The translations under genes were made by a program, and so were the position numbers. The notes under the pieces are model-generated. The model did not search any database. It was given only the letters and a program-made list of their open reading frames with translations, and was not told the DNA's origin. This document shows, piece after piece, positions 23,645-36,549 of a DNA stretch of 64,000 bases. The stretch is from Octopus sinensis (Eukaryota), in NCBI RefSeq assembly GCF_006345805.1, contig NC_042999.1:13888001-13952000 (forward strand), read 5' to 3'. Each line of letters starts with the position of its first letter. Positions within the stretch are counted from its first letter, which is position 1.

Positions 23645-25530
23645 CATGTCATGCACAACATCTAATTTATTGCAAGCCTTTGTTTTAATTCGAGTAAAGT
23701 TGCAAAACCATCTCACATTTGTACATTTTTGCAAATGGAACAATGATTTTGAGGGCCAACTCGGCTACATCTGGATAGGACTGCATCATTTCAGTCCAGA
23801 ATTCATTGCAACACATTTTACAGAAGGTGTTTTTAGCACCTCCATCATTCAGCAAGTTGATGAACTGTCCCTGAATGATGTAATCTTCTGACAGAAGGCC
23901 AACAACAGGGATCACAAAGGAATTAGTGATGAAATGATGAACATTTTCGAAGTTTTGTAGTTCGGGAAAGTATCTTTGAATTTCAGCATGAAGATTTAAG
24001 ACATGCTGTTTTATCATGTCAACTTGAAGGCTATCTTCATCAAAGAAAGTATTGAAGTTCGGAAATGGTGCAAAATTCACTCATTCCAATTTAGAATGCT
24101 ACAAATGGAGCTTCATTTGAAGGGCAGTCATTTTTTCATAACAGTGGACAACAGTGATGTCCTTTCCTTGTAATGCTAAGTTATCAGAATTAACTGATTC
24201 AAAAATGTTGACCAAAACGGAGAGATATATAAGGAACCAAGTATTGGAGAATTGTCTGTGCAGTTCTTTTTAGCACCATGAAGAAATTTGTGTATCTCCT
24301 TGTGTAGAACGAAGACTCTTTTCAATACTCTCCATTTGGATAACCACCTTGCATGTGAGTACAGTAAAAGCATTTCAAAATCGGAGCCATTGTCCTTGTA
24401 CATGTCAGCGAAAGGCTGCGAGTTTAGAGAACTGACTCTGATGAAATTACCACTTTGACCGCATCCTTCAAGACGATTTTTTTTAACCATCAATGTTTGG
24501 CGATGAAATGTAAAATGTATACTGATTGCATTAGCAGACTTCTCCTTCACCATTGTCTGAAAGCCAGAGCAGCAACCAAGCATCGCTGGAGTACCGTTGG
24601 GGAACACCCTAACAAGTGCTCACAGTTTATGCCATGCGTGTTAAAGAATTGATCCACTTTCTGTAATATATCATTTGCAGTAGTTTGAGTGTTGAGGCTT
24701 TCGCAAACAAGGAATTAATCTTTCAGACACTTGTTATGCATGTAACGTACATAAACATAAAGCTTTGCTAAATCCGTCACGTCAGTGGTTTCATCGATTT
24801 GGATGGTGATATAGTTAACCCTTAGTGTTTGCATTATTTTGCCAAAATTAATGCTTTTTTATCTAAATTGTTTTGAACTAATCATGAATTATCTCATAGC
24901 TTTGAGATTTTGATGAGGTAGCTATTAATTTTTAATACGATATTGTAGGGTTGGTGTGAGAGATCAGATCTGGCCAGTTTGACCATAAAACAGGCAGAAT
25001 ACTTTTGGCCGGATATGGCCGGTTTAAATGCTAAAGGGTTAAACACTGATGTTTTTATCTTTGAGATGACCTGAAACAAAATGTTATCAGACATCTCAGC
25101 AATTCATCAACCGACAGTGTTATTTGAAAGTGAAACATGTTTAAGCTTCTATAGTTCAGACATTCTGAGCTCGAGTGAGGTTATATCTTTGCCGCAAAGA
25201 AGAACTAACTGTTCTCCAATGTATGAGGATTTTTTGCAGCAACAATTTTCCTTGAAACCTTGTAGGAGGCTTTCAGACCAGCCATAACATCCTGCATACA
25301 CATTCCCATGTCATGAAGCCTGATGCATTCTATCTGTAAGGATTTTCTTAACACGTAAATTAGGGGTTTTGTGTGGTGCGTGCATGTTCAATGGTTCCAG
25401 TTTTAGCTATAACCAGAGAACCCAGGGTATTGAACATTATAAATCTGAAAATTGGCGACCCCTCCGCCGACTCCCTAAAATTGCTTCACGGAACCCTAGG
25501 TGTCTATGGATCCCAGTTTGGGAAACAAGG
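23645..25530 (-). mobile_element. Decayed hAT (Charlie/Buster, ZBED5-like) transposon
   Basis: LLLYSHARWLSK.RVLKRVF, FW.EMMQSYP.VAELALKIIVPF...Y.CE and IQIDETTD motifs; terminus cagtttgggaaac at about 25515-25530. Confidence 0.8.
24815..25042. mobile_element. piggyBac-like MITE nested in the hAT element
   Basis: ttaa-cccttagtgttt ... aaatgctaaaggg-ttaa. Confidence 0.7.
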
Positions 25531-25609
25531 ACATAAAGCTTGACTGAACAGATCAACAAACCAACGAACCAAACCAGCCAGCCAGCCATCTGATATTTAT
25601 AGCAGCTAT

Positions 25610-25643
<34 letters not shown>

Positions 25644-25937
25644 TGTGTATGTATGTATGTGTGTGCATATACATATATACACACATATGCACACACATAT
25701 ACACACACACATATATACACAAATACACACATATACACACACACAAACCTACTACATATGTGGGAAATACTGTGTTTGTGGAGTTGTTAGCTAACTCCTC
25801 CTACATTGTTTTATCAATTTTGATGAAACTTGACATGTGAATAGAAGTCATGTCTGGAAATCTCATGGCATACTCAGATTGTTGAAAAACTCGATAATAG
25901 GGCCCTGGAAGGGATCCTTATATATATCTAATAGAGG

Positions 25938-26192
25938 GAAAGTGAAAGAAGCCCGCTGTACATATATGTGTGTGTATGTGTGTGTCTGTGTTTATCACTA
26001 TCACCATCGCTTGACAACTGATGTTGCTGTGTTTATGTCCCAGTAACTTAGTGGTTTGGCAAAAAGGACCAATAGAATAAGTACTAGGCTTACAAAGAAT
26101 AAGTCCTGGGGTTGATTAGTTTGATTAAATGTAGTGCTCCAGCATGGCCACAATCAAATGGCTGAAACAAATAAAAAATAAAAGAATAAAAG
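25938..26192 (+). mobile_element. SINE family 1, headless
   Basis: Runs from gaaagaagccc through the tail. Confidence 0.75.
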
Positions 26193-26209
26193 AATATATA
26201 TAAGAAAAA

Positions 26210-26600
26210 GCATGCTGGTGGCATGTAAAAAGCACCATTTGAGTGTGATCATTATCTGTGTCGCCTTACTGGCACATGAAAAAACATTCAAGCGAGGTCG
26301 TTGCCAGTGCTGCTGGACTGGCTCCTGTGCAGGTGGCACATAAAAAGCACCATCTGAACGTGGCTGTTGCCACTACCGCCTGACTGGCCCTTGTGCCAGT
26401 GGCATGTAAAACCACCCACTACACTCTCGGAGTGGTTGGCATTAGGAAGGGCATCCAGCTGTAGAAACTCTGCCAGATCAAGATTGGAGCCTGGTACAGC
26501 CATCTGGTTCACCAGTCCTCAGTCAAATCATCCAACCCATGCTATCATGGAAAGCGGACATTAAACAGTGATGATGATGATGATGATGATGATTATGATG
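26210..26600 (+). mobile_element. RTE LINE 3' UTR
   Basis: Tandem units and a (GAT)n tail. Confidence 0.8.
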
Positions 26601-26644
<44 letters not shown>

Positions 26645-27234
26645 GCATATATATGCATATATATGCATGTCTATATTGGAAGACAATACTGAGGTTAAGT
26701 TGACTGTGCTTGCCTCTGTCGCCCCATCCCCCACCCCACATGCACACGATACATAATGTCATAATAATACTAGAAGTCATACACAGCTCATATTCTCACT
26801 GCATTATATTACCGGAATGATTCGAAGCAGGAGGAAAAATTAATTACATCAGTGTTTTTCATCATCTCATAGGTAGTCGTATGATTTTCTTTACAAAATA
26901 ATAGTAATGGCTTCTTTTGTGTTTTCGATGGAATTCAATTATAAAAAATATCAAAAAAATTACAATATTCTCTTATCATGATAAACATATTTTTCTTTGC
27001 ACTGAAACACTTTTTGTACTTTGGTAATAAAAAATATCTCATCTTTGCAAAGAATTGTGTAAACCTAGACAAACTGCATTGCATTTGCAGATGCATGTGT
27101 AAAACAATTCGATAAAATAGCAAAGAACTCCTCCTAAAAATCACTCTTTTTTATTGCAAAAAAGAATGGACGTTGGACATTGTAGCCCCTAATATAAAAA
27201 ACAGGTTAGTCATGTGCAATTGTTCTGATTGAAG

Positions 27235-27270
<36 letters not shown>

Positions 27271-27275
<5 letters not shown>

Positions 27276-27470
27276 ATCCAAACAAGAAAACAAAAAAACA
27301 CAACAACGCAAGGACGTGGAACAAATAAAGTATTATTGGACACTCAGAAAATAAGGGAAGAAGGAGGGTTTAATGTTTCGAGCAGAGCTCTTTGTCGGAA
27401 ACATAGGAGAAGGAAAGATCCCGAGAAGGGAAGACAGAGGAAAAAAAATCGCCAGTGGTACTCACGAGGT

Positions 27471-27475
<5 letters not shown>
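27271..27475 (-). mobile_element. About 205-bp HHR-bearing unit (family B) in (TA)n
   Basis: Minus 27368-27402 reads gttt CCGACAA a gagc tct gctc GAAAC att aaac; the same unit occurs at 37066-37274. Confidence 0.6.
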
Positions 27476-27501
<26 letters not shown>

Positions 27502-27582
27502 CTATATCTATATATATATTGAGTAACAGCTTTTGTTATATTTCTGGTGCTTTTAAAGAAAGCATATTACTCCGGTATATAT

Positions 27583-27628
<46 letters not shown>

Positions 27629-27670
27629 TCATCATCATCACGCTAAACGATGATGATGATGATGATGATG

Positions 27671-27714
<44 letters not shown>

Positions 27715-27759
27715 CGGAGTGATATGCTTTCTTTAAAAGCACCAGAAATATAACAAAAG

Positions 27760-27797
27760 CTGTTACTCAGAGTTTCACGTTTTCATTTGTCGGACAG
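27760..27797 (-). ncRNA. Type I hammerhead ribozyme motif (family A)
   Basis: ctgt CCGACAA atg aaaa cgt GAAAC tctga GTA acag; G8 is lost, consistent with CpG decay. Confidence 0.55.
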
Positions 27798-27820
27798 GTT
27801 TCGTCAAGAAAAGAAAAATC

Positions 27821-27858
27821 CTGTCTGACAAATGGGAAAAAGAAACTCTGAGTAACAG
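27821..27858 (+). ncRNA. Type I hammerhead ribozyme motif (family A), degenerate stem II
   Basis: ctgt CTGACAA atgggaaaaa GAAAC tctga GTA acag. Confidence 0.5.
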
Positions 27859-27973
27859 CTTTTGTTATATTTCTGCTGCTTTTATGTGTGTGTCTGAGTG
27901 TGTGTGTGTGTATGTGCGTGTGTGTATGTTTATATACATATATGTGTGTGTACGTATATGTATACATACATAC

Positions 27974-28128
<155 letters not shown>

Positions 28129-28540
28129 TATAGTTACAAATTGAGATAGGGGTTGTAAATGCAACACACCATGGGATACCATATATCCAATATACTGCTA
28201 GTGAGGTACCCAACAAAGTTAATACATAAATGTTAAGAATTGCGATACAATTAATTCATTTATTGTATTATATGGGCAAAGGTAAAATGTTTTACCACAA
28301 ATTCATAATACAAAATAAGAAAATGGAGAAATACATCGAAATCAAATATCAATTACCAGATAATACTCAATCACATACTTTATTAAACCACCACATAAGA
28401 GACTATAAGGTTAAACATAATAATGCAGGGTAAAACAGTGTACATGAAGAAGTGTATATAAAATAGTAATGTTTTACAATAAGTAGAATACGTATAATAG
28501 AACATAAATATAAGTACACATAAATATAAATATAAACTAT

Positions 28541-28667
28541 ATCTTACAGCTGTTTCGGCCATGTAGATAAGCATGTCTCATTCAACTCATATTAGCCATT
28601 TATGGTAGGTCAATATGTAGTTATAAATGAGACATTTATAAAAACATCCTAAGGCCTCTTCGGAGAT
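28541..28667 (-). ncRNA. Type I hammerhead ribozyme with about 100-nt rod-like stem II
   Basis: atct CCGAAGA ggcc ...atgtctcatt...aatgagacat... ggcc GAAAC agct GTA agat; lies in an AT-rich unit at about 28130-29313 between (TA)n tracts. Confidence 0.7.
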
Positions 28668-29316
28668 TACAAATTAGATTACATATATACTTATAAAGGT
28701 GTGGGTATATACTCATAATAAAACATATACATATACATATGAGTGCATATACTCATACTCATATACATATAAATATAAATATACATAATGATATAAATAA
28801 TAAAAATTAATAAACATACATATGCTCCACATTCAATGTTACAGTTTTTCAACTTAATATTGTGATAATTACAATGTAGAAAAACATACACATATTAATA
28901 TCTAAATGCAGATATAGAGAGTCAAGGTTACTTTCTATTAGTTCTTATTAATTTCCAAAATGTCATTAATGCTAGTATCATTATCATTGTCGTTACCACT
29001 AATGCTACCAATATCATCATTCATATTATTATTAATAATGCTAATACTAGAGAAACAATACATATATTCATTATTAACAATATAGTCACAATAGTATTAC
29101 AAAATCGTGCAAAGTGTTATATATCCGCATATACATACGAAATATGAAGTACCAGCATTCTGTTTATACTACATTAAATCCACAGGTGTACATATGTAAG
29201 TCCGATTTTAAGTTTATAATTTTCCTTGTAACATAAATACACTACTATTTCAGAAATAATTACGGATCTAGCGCTAAATTATGATTGGCCTGTGGGTTTG
29301 AATTTAAATTACCATA

Positions 29317-29367
<51 letters not shown>

Positions 29368-29821
29368 TTATATATATATATGCATATATGCATGCTTCAT
29401 CTGTACACTCATATGTACACATGCACTTAGAACCAACAAGGGAAGATACTTTGTGCAATGTAATAAAAAAAAGACAGGATGGTCATAAATGGAATTGCTT
29501 TGACGTAGTCTGCTAGTTTAGAACAACAACAAAGAAGAACACTTTATACAATACGATCCTTGCAGGGACGTATATTCCGGATGTGCTAAGTGTGTGCCAT
29601 GCGGTTCTAAGTAAATTCCACCACGGTATATTCCACCATGGTAAATTCCACCCATGGATAGACTTCCAATATAAGCTGCATCTGCTAATAATCACCAAGG
29701 TCAGTTTATCTAGACTGTAGGTCACTACCTGTGATTTAATCTGTCTGTCTCTCAATTCTTAAGAAGAGAGAGAGAGAGAGTGACAGCAGAGAGAGAGAGA
29801 GAGAGAGAGTGACAGCAGAGA

Positions 29822-29867
<46 letters not shown>

Positions 29868-30236
29868 TCTGAAGGTGAGATAGAAACTAATCTTTATAAT
29901 CTACTCGAGTTGAGATGGGATCACTTTAATGTCCTCCCATCAAGCAAGAATTTATGAAAAAGACTCATCACAAAATTTCAAAAATAATATAATTTGGGAA
30001 AAAGAAAGAAAAGATTAAATTTTAGCACACGCTGTATTCACCATGTATTCCTTTGTGTGTTTGTTCCTTAATTATATTTTCTCCCTCGTATTTTTTGTAT
30101 TCAATGACATTATTGACATTATTTTTTATGCATTCTTTTTTCATTTCGATAATATCGTAACCCATATAATATAAAGATAATCATAATCATAACCATAATA
30201 ATGATAATGATGATGATGATGATGATGGTGATGATA

Positions 30237-30655
30237 ATAAGAGAATTAGACCAAAGCCAGACTTGCAAATATTTAGGAATCCATGAACTAGATATGATAC
30301 AACACACACAAATGAAAGAGAAAATGAAGAAAGAATACTATAGACGAGTTAGATCAATACTAAAAACAGAGCTCAATGCTAAAAACAAGATAATAGGTAT
30401 CAACACTTTAGCCATCCCAGTTATAAGTTACAGCTACAATATCATTAACTTGGCACTAAATGAACTGACCAAAATAGACAGGGAAACAAGAAAAATAATG
30501 ACAGGATCTAGGATGCATCACCCAAAATCTGACATAGAAAGGCTATATATACAATGTATAGAAGGTGGTAGAGGCCTTATACAGCTGGAAAACTGTTATA
30601 AAATAACCACCATAGGATTGCAAAAATACCTACTTTAGAAGAAAGGAAAACTGAT

Positions 30656-30660
<5 letters not shown>
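30237..30660 (+). mobile_element. R4/Dong-like RT C-terminal fragment
   Basis: KYLGI...KKEYYRRVRSILKTELNAKNK...MHHPKSDIERLY...GGRGL, preceded by a TAA/TGA repeat. Confidence 0.85.
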
Positions 30661-30735
<75 letters not shown>

Positions 30736-30759
30736 GTATGTATGTATGTATGTATGTAT

Positions 30760-30812
<53 letters not shown>

Positions 30813-30814
30813 TA

Positions 30815-31030
30815 TATGTGTTTGTGAGTCTGTGTTTGTCACCCCATCATCGCTTGACAACAGATGCTGGTGTATTTACATCCCCATAACTTGGCTGTTC
30901 AGCAAAAGGGACTGAGAGCATAAGCACTAGGCTTACAAAGAATAAATCCTGGGGTCGATTTGCTCAACTAAAGGTGGTACTCCAGCATGGTCACAGCCAA
31001 ATGACTAAAACAAGTAAAAGAATAAAGAAT
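30815..31030 (+). mobile_element. SINE family 1, 3' half
   Basis: Matches the 3' half of 1505-1900. Confidence 0.75.
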
Positions 31031-31315
31031 ATAATTTTGGTATAGAAGTGGGAGGCTTTGAAGCTGTTGTTTGCAGTCATCCACTTTCTCTTTGATTTTC
31101 AGAGAGAGATTCATATCAGATGGACAGCTGATCTCTATGGCACTACATACTTCCTTCTGGCCTGTCTAAAATGACAATATTTGGCATGTTATGTTTCTAT
31201 TTGGTAGAAGCTTTGATAGGAATATTCCACTGGTATTCCTCGTGTTTATGTTTATATATGAATTCAATAACACAAGCATTCTCTTTATTTCTCTCTCTAT
31301 ATGTTTTTATGTAGT

Positions 31316-31613
31316 GGAGGCGCACTGGCCCAGTGGTTAGGACAGAGGACTCGCAGTCGTAGAATCGCGGTTTCAATTCCCAGAGTGGGCATTGTGAGTG
31401 TTTATTGAGCTAAAGCTCCACGAGGCTCTAGCAGGGGGTGGTGGCGATCCATGTACTCTTTCACCACAACTTTCTCTCACTCTTTCTTCTGTTGGCCTGC
31501 TCGCTTAGCTAGCAGGGTGACGTCATTTGAAGGCTAAAACAATGTGAAGCGCATTGTGACCAGCGATGTGTAGCAACATTTGATAGCCTGGTCAGTCACA
31601 GTGATCACAGTGA
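31316..31613 (+). mobile_element. tRNA-derived SINE family 4
   Basis: A box tggcccagtgg, B box ggtttcaattcc, and a tail with tcacagtga repeated twice. Confidence 0.65.
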
Positions 31614-31950
31614 TATGTTTTATGTGTGTATGTATGTATGTACATGTACACACACATACACACACACACGTCTACTGAGATGAAGTGAAAATTCCAGAAA
31701 ACTGAAACATCATCTCTGTGTAAATTCTGCCTCGTGCATATATGTGCCAAATCTCTCTCTCTCACTCTCTCTCTCTCTTTCTCCCTATCTTTTTCCCACT
31801 CACTCTCTTTCTTTTGCAAGTTATTTTTTTCTTATATAAAATGCATATGTTGTTTTTGCTGATATGTAAAATACCGTATGATAGATAGCAACATTTCAAA
31901 GTTATATCACAGTATATAGCTTTGAAATGTGTGTATATATATATACATAC

Positions 31951-32005
<55 letters not shown>

Positions 32006-32514
32006 CATCTATATATATATATATACATCTCTCTCTATATATACACACACACACACAAGTATACTCACATACATACATACATATATATATATATATACAT
32101 ACATACACACACACATGCACACACACAAATACACCTGTACACACACACACACATACATATATATATACCCACACACACACATATATACCTATATACCTGA
32201 ACTGCTATAACAGCAGTCATGTCTTTGGAGCCGTGTAAACATTATTATCAGCAATGTTTGAGTTTTACATCAATTTCAATGGTATTATTGATAAGATAGT
32301 AAATGTTTTGTTAAGTGTGGCTACCATTGACCTATTAGCGTCTTGCTTTCCTTTCAGTTCTATTTTTGGTATCTATATGTGTGTAGGCATGTGTGTGCAC
32401 GTGTGTGTGTGTGTGTGTTTGTCATTTGCTTTGCATTCCTTTATCGCTGAGTAGAATTTTCTTGCTGCCCAATTTCAGGAATCTTCCCATATTTTTTAAT
32501 CTTTTTTTTCAATA

Positions 32515-32901
32515 GGCGTTGGAGTGGCTGTGTGGTAAGTAGCTTGCTTACCAGCCACCTGGTTCCGGGTTCAGTCCCACTGCATGGCAACTTGGGCAAG
32601 TGTCTTCTACTATAGCCTCGGGCCAACCAAAACCTTGTGAGTGGATTTGGTAGACGGATACTGAAAGAAGCCCATTGTATATATATATATATGTATGTGT
32701 GTATGTATGTGTTTGTGTGTCTGTGTTTGTTCCCCCAATATCGCTTGACAACCGATGCTGGTGTGTTTACGTCCCCATAATGTAGCGGTTCAGCAAAAGG
32801 GACCGATAGAATAAGTACTAGGTTTACAAAGAATAAGACCTGGGGTCGATTTGCTTGACTAAAGGCGTTGTTCCAGCATGGCCACAGTCAAACGACTGAA
32901 A
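32515..32901 (+). mobile_element. SINE family 1
   Basis: A and B boxes, microsatellite and 3' half; fused at gaaa to a headless family 2 copy. Confidence 0.88.
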
Positions 32902-33310
32902 TGCTTAGCGGTATTTCATCTGCCGTTGTGTTCTGAGTTCAAATTCCACAAAGGTCATCTTTGCCTTTCATCCTTTCAGGGTTGACTGAATAAGTGCCAG
33001 TCACGCACTTACCCCTTCCCCCAAATATCGGGTCCTGTTCGTATAGTAGAAAGGATTATTATTATTATTATTATTATTAGTTAGGTGGAAAAAGGCAGCA
33101 AGCTGGCAGAATCATTAGCATGCTGGGCAATACATTAGCAGTATTTCGTCTGCTGCTACATTCTGAGTTCAAATTCTGCCAAGGGTCACTTTGCCTTTCA
33201 TCTTTTCAGGGTTGATAAATTGAGTATCAGTAAAATACTGGGGTCAATGTAATCAACTAGCCCTCTCCCCACCAGTTTCAGGCCTTGTGCCTTTAGTAGA
33301 AAAGATTATT
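32902..33310 (+). mobile_element. Two tandem SINE family 2 copies (tail type B)
   Basis: gagttcaaattc and gcctttcatc occur twice, each with a (TTA)n tail. Confidence 0.75.
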
Positions 33311-33355
33311 AATATTATTATTAATATTATTATTATTATTATTATTATTATTGTA

Positions 33356-33743
33356 GGTGTAGGAGTAGCTGTGTGGTAAATAGCTTGCTTACGGACCACA
33401 TGGTTCCGGGTTCAGTCCCACTGCATGGCACCTTGGGCAAGTGTCTTCTACTATAGCCTCTGGCCGACCAAAGCCTTGTGAGTGGATTTGGTAGACGGAA
33501 ACTGAAAGAAGCCCGTCTTATATATGTATATATATATGTTTGTGTCTGTGTTTGTCCCCCCAACATCGCTTGACAACCAATGTTGGTGTGTTTACGTCCC
33601 CATAACTTAGCAGTTCAGCAAAAGAGACTGATAGAATAAGTACTAGGCTTACAAAGAATAAGACCTGGGTTTGATTTGCTCGATCGACTAAAGGTGGTGC
33701 TCCAGCATGGCCACAGTCAAATGACTGAAACAAGTAAAAGAGT
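33356..33743 (+). mobile_element. SINE family 1, full length
   Basis: As 1505-1900. Confidence 0.9.
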
Positions 33744-33768
33744 CAATTAAAATATCATCATCATCATC

Positions 33769-33810
<42 letters not shown>

Positions 33811-34207
33811 ATTTAGGTGAAAAGCTGGGCAATTTGTTAGTGTGTCAGACAAAATGCTTAACAGTCTCGTGTTAAAATTTGAAACGAGGACTTCAGGTCC
33901 AGCTATTAGTGATTGACCTCCAGCTTCAGTCTGACTGACTTGCTGACTGGAACAACATCTCAACTGTATGAATATAAACATGAGTGGAACCTGAATGCCA
34001 GAAGAGAAAAAAAAAAGTGTTTTTTTTAGCCATATGTACACTATAACAGGCATGAACCTTAGTATGTTTGCTATGACATACCACATCAAAACCCTTAACT
34101 TCTGATGGTGTTATAAGGGTATTATTGTAATATACAGAATAATGTCTTGGGCACGTTTAGACCTGAAAGAGACCATTTCTCACTAGAGATAACCACTGCT
34201 AACTTTG

Positions 34208-34294
<87 letters not shown>

Positions 34295-34430
34295 GAACCC
34301 AGTATAGGACTGGCCCTTTATTTATCTCACCTGAGAAAATGAAAAGCAGCATTCATGCTGGTGGTATTTGAATTCAGAGCAAAGAGCGCTGGAACAAAGA
34401 TCACAAAACAATCTAGCTTACTAAAAAGTT

Positions 34431-34688
34431 TTGCCAACATAACATGGCAGTCCTGGTTTAGGACGAATGTTGCTGTAATTTAGCCCCAGGAGACATTGTC
34501 TCCAGTTGGCTATACAACACAATCTGTGTCCTTATATTTTTGAACAAGGGAATCTAGCACCCTGCTTGTTCAAAAATATAAGGCCACAGATCTTGTCGTA
34601 TAGTCAGCTGGAGGCGATGTCTCCTGAGGCTAAATTACAGCAGCATGCGTCCTAAACCAGGACTGCCATGTTATGGTTATGTTGGCAA
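34431..34688. mobile_element. Foldback (palindromic) MITE-like element
   Basis: Arms aacatggcagtcctggtttaggacg...ttgaacaag and cttgttcaa...cgtcctaaaccaggactgccatgtt, about 115 bp each, with a short loop. Confidence 0.85.
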
Positions 34689-35081
34689 GCAATCTTTATT
34701 CCAAAGTACTGTTGCTGAATATCTCTCGTTGTGAGATTTAAATAAAATATTAATTTTCTAATCTAGCTGACTCTCTAAAGTTTCCCCCAATTTGTTGCCT
34801 TATAAATGTATAAAAATATTTACTCAGACATATCTATTTAACCAGCTATCTTCGTACATGTTTGCAATTCAGTTTTCTCTCTCTATGTCATGGTATACCT
34901 ATATCTACACTCATATGTACATATACGTATGTACGTGTGTGTGTGTGTATGTTGTAGTGCATCTTGTTCTATTTATGTACTGCTCTCTCTCTCTCTGAAC
35001 TTTAATATATTTTTAAATATATACACAAGCCTTATCTGCAAAAATAAAATATAGATCAAGGTTTGATTATAAATATGTAAA

Positions 35082-35129
<48 letters not shown>

Positions 35130-35161
35130 ATATAATATATATATATATATATAGATGTATG

Positions 35162-35201
<40 letters not shown>

Positions 35202-35431
35202 TATACATATATATCATATATATATATATATTATATATATATATATATATGTATATACATATAAACATATACATATATACATACATATACGCACGTATGT
35301 ATCCTTACATATGTATATATACATACAAAGATACATATATGTCATCCCCATTATTAGACAGTCATACATCCACACACACACATTTATATATACATATATA
35401 CAAACATAAACATATATACATGTGTATATAT

Positions 35432-35470
<39 letters not shown>

Positions 35471-35685
35471 ATGTACATACACACACATACATACATTCAC
35501 TCATACACAAACTTTTAATTACATTTGCACTCTGTATAAACAATGATAATGGATGATGTATGAATTCATCTCTCAAAATAAACTCAAAGAGAGAAACATA
35601 AATTATTCATTTCTTCCTTTTATATTTCATTATTTCCAGAAATGACCTCAAATAATATATATATATATATATATATAATATATAT

Positions 35686-35720
<35 letters not shown>

Positions 35721-35950
35721 CTTACATTGCTTATAAACTCTATATTTGGATGGACTCATTTTAAACTCTGTTGGACTTTTGGACTTTACTCATAGAATAT
35801 TGGAATATTGCATATATACCATTATGCCAATAAAACGGACTTGCAACTTCAATACCCATACATATCTTGCATCTATTTTCTTTCCTCCACCTCACTCTCT
35901 ATTTTGTATCACATCTAAACTAACTATGACTTAACTTTCCTCTCATACCA

Positions 35951-36000
35951 TCTCTGATGAAGGGATATTATTAATAAATATCCTAGAAACAGCTGTAAGA
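35951..36000 (+). ncRNA. Type I hammerhead ribozyme, canonical core
   Basis: tct CTGATGA a gggatatt attaata aatatcct a GAAAC agct GTA aga; palindromic stem III ACAGCTGT. Confidence 0.8.
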
Positions 36001-36376
36001 CCTTCTATCTATAAATGCTCTAATATCTATATAGCTTTGGTTTTTTATCTTATGCAAAAAATTCTTACATATATATATATATATATGTGTGTGTGTGTAT
36101 GTATGTATGTATGTCTTTGTATCTGTGTTTGTTCCTCATCACTGTTTGACAGAAAATGTTCATGTATTTATGTCCTTGTAACTTTGAAGTACAACAAAAG
36201 AGGCTGATAGAATAATTAGCTAACTCCAATTACTGCAAGAAGTAAAAGCTAAAAGATAAAAGATATACTGAAATTATTAGTACAAAATAAAGGCTGTGAA
36301 ACAGCTGTAATCCTATGGATATCAAGTAGCTAAATAAGAATTACTTTTATATACCATAACCCATCATTCATGATTA

Positions 36377-36420
<44 letters not shown>

Positions 36421-36549
36421 GAATTAAAATAAAAGTGGTAATTTTAAAGCATGTGTGCACGCATACATATAAATAGACACATAATAAACATGTCTATATT
36501 TTCTGAGTATTCCAAACATATCCTAATGTAATCCATATTGTCCTTTGTA

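Noticed and set aside
29611-29656. Three 15-bp tandem units gtaaattccaccatg
   Set aside because: Probably a subterminal repeat of a decayed DNA transposon; too short to interpret.
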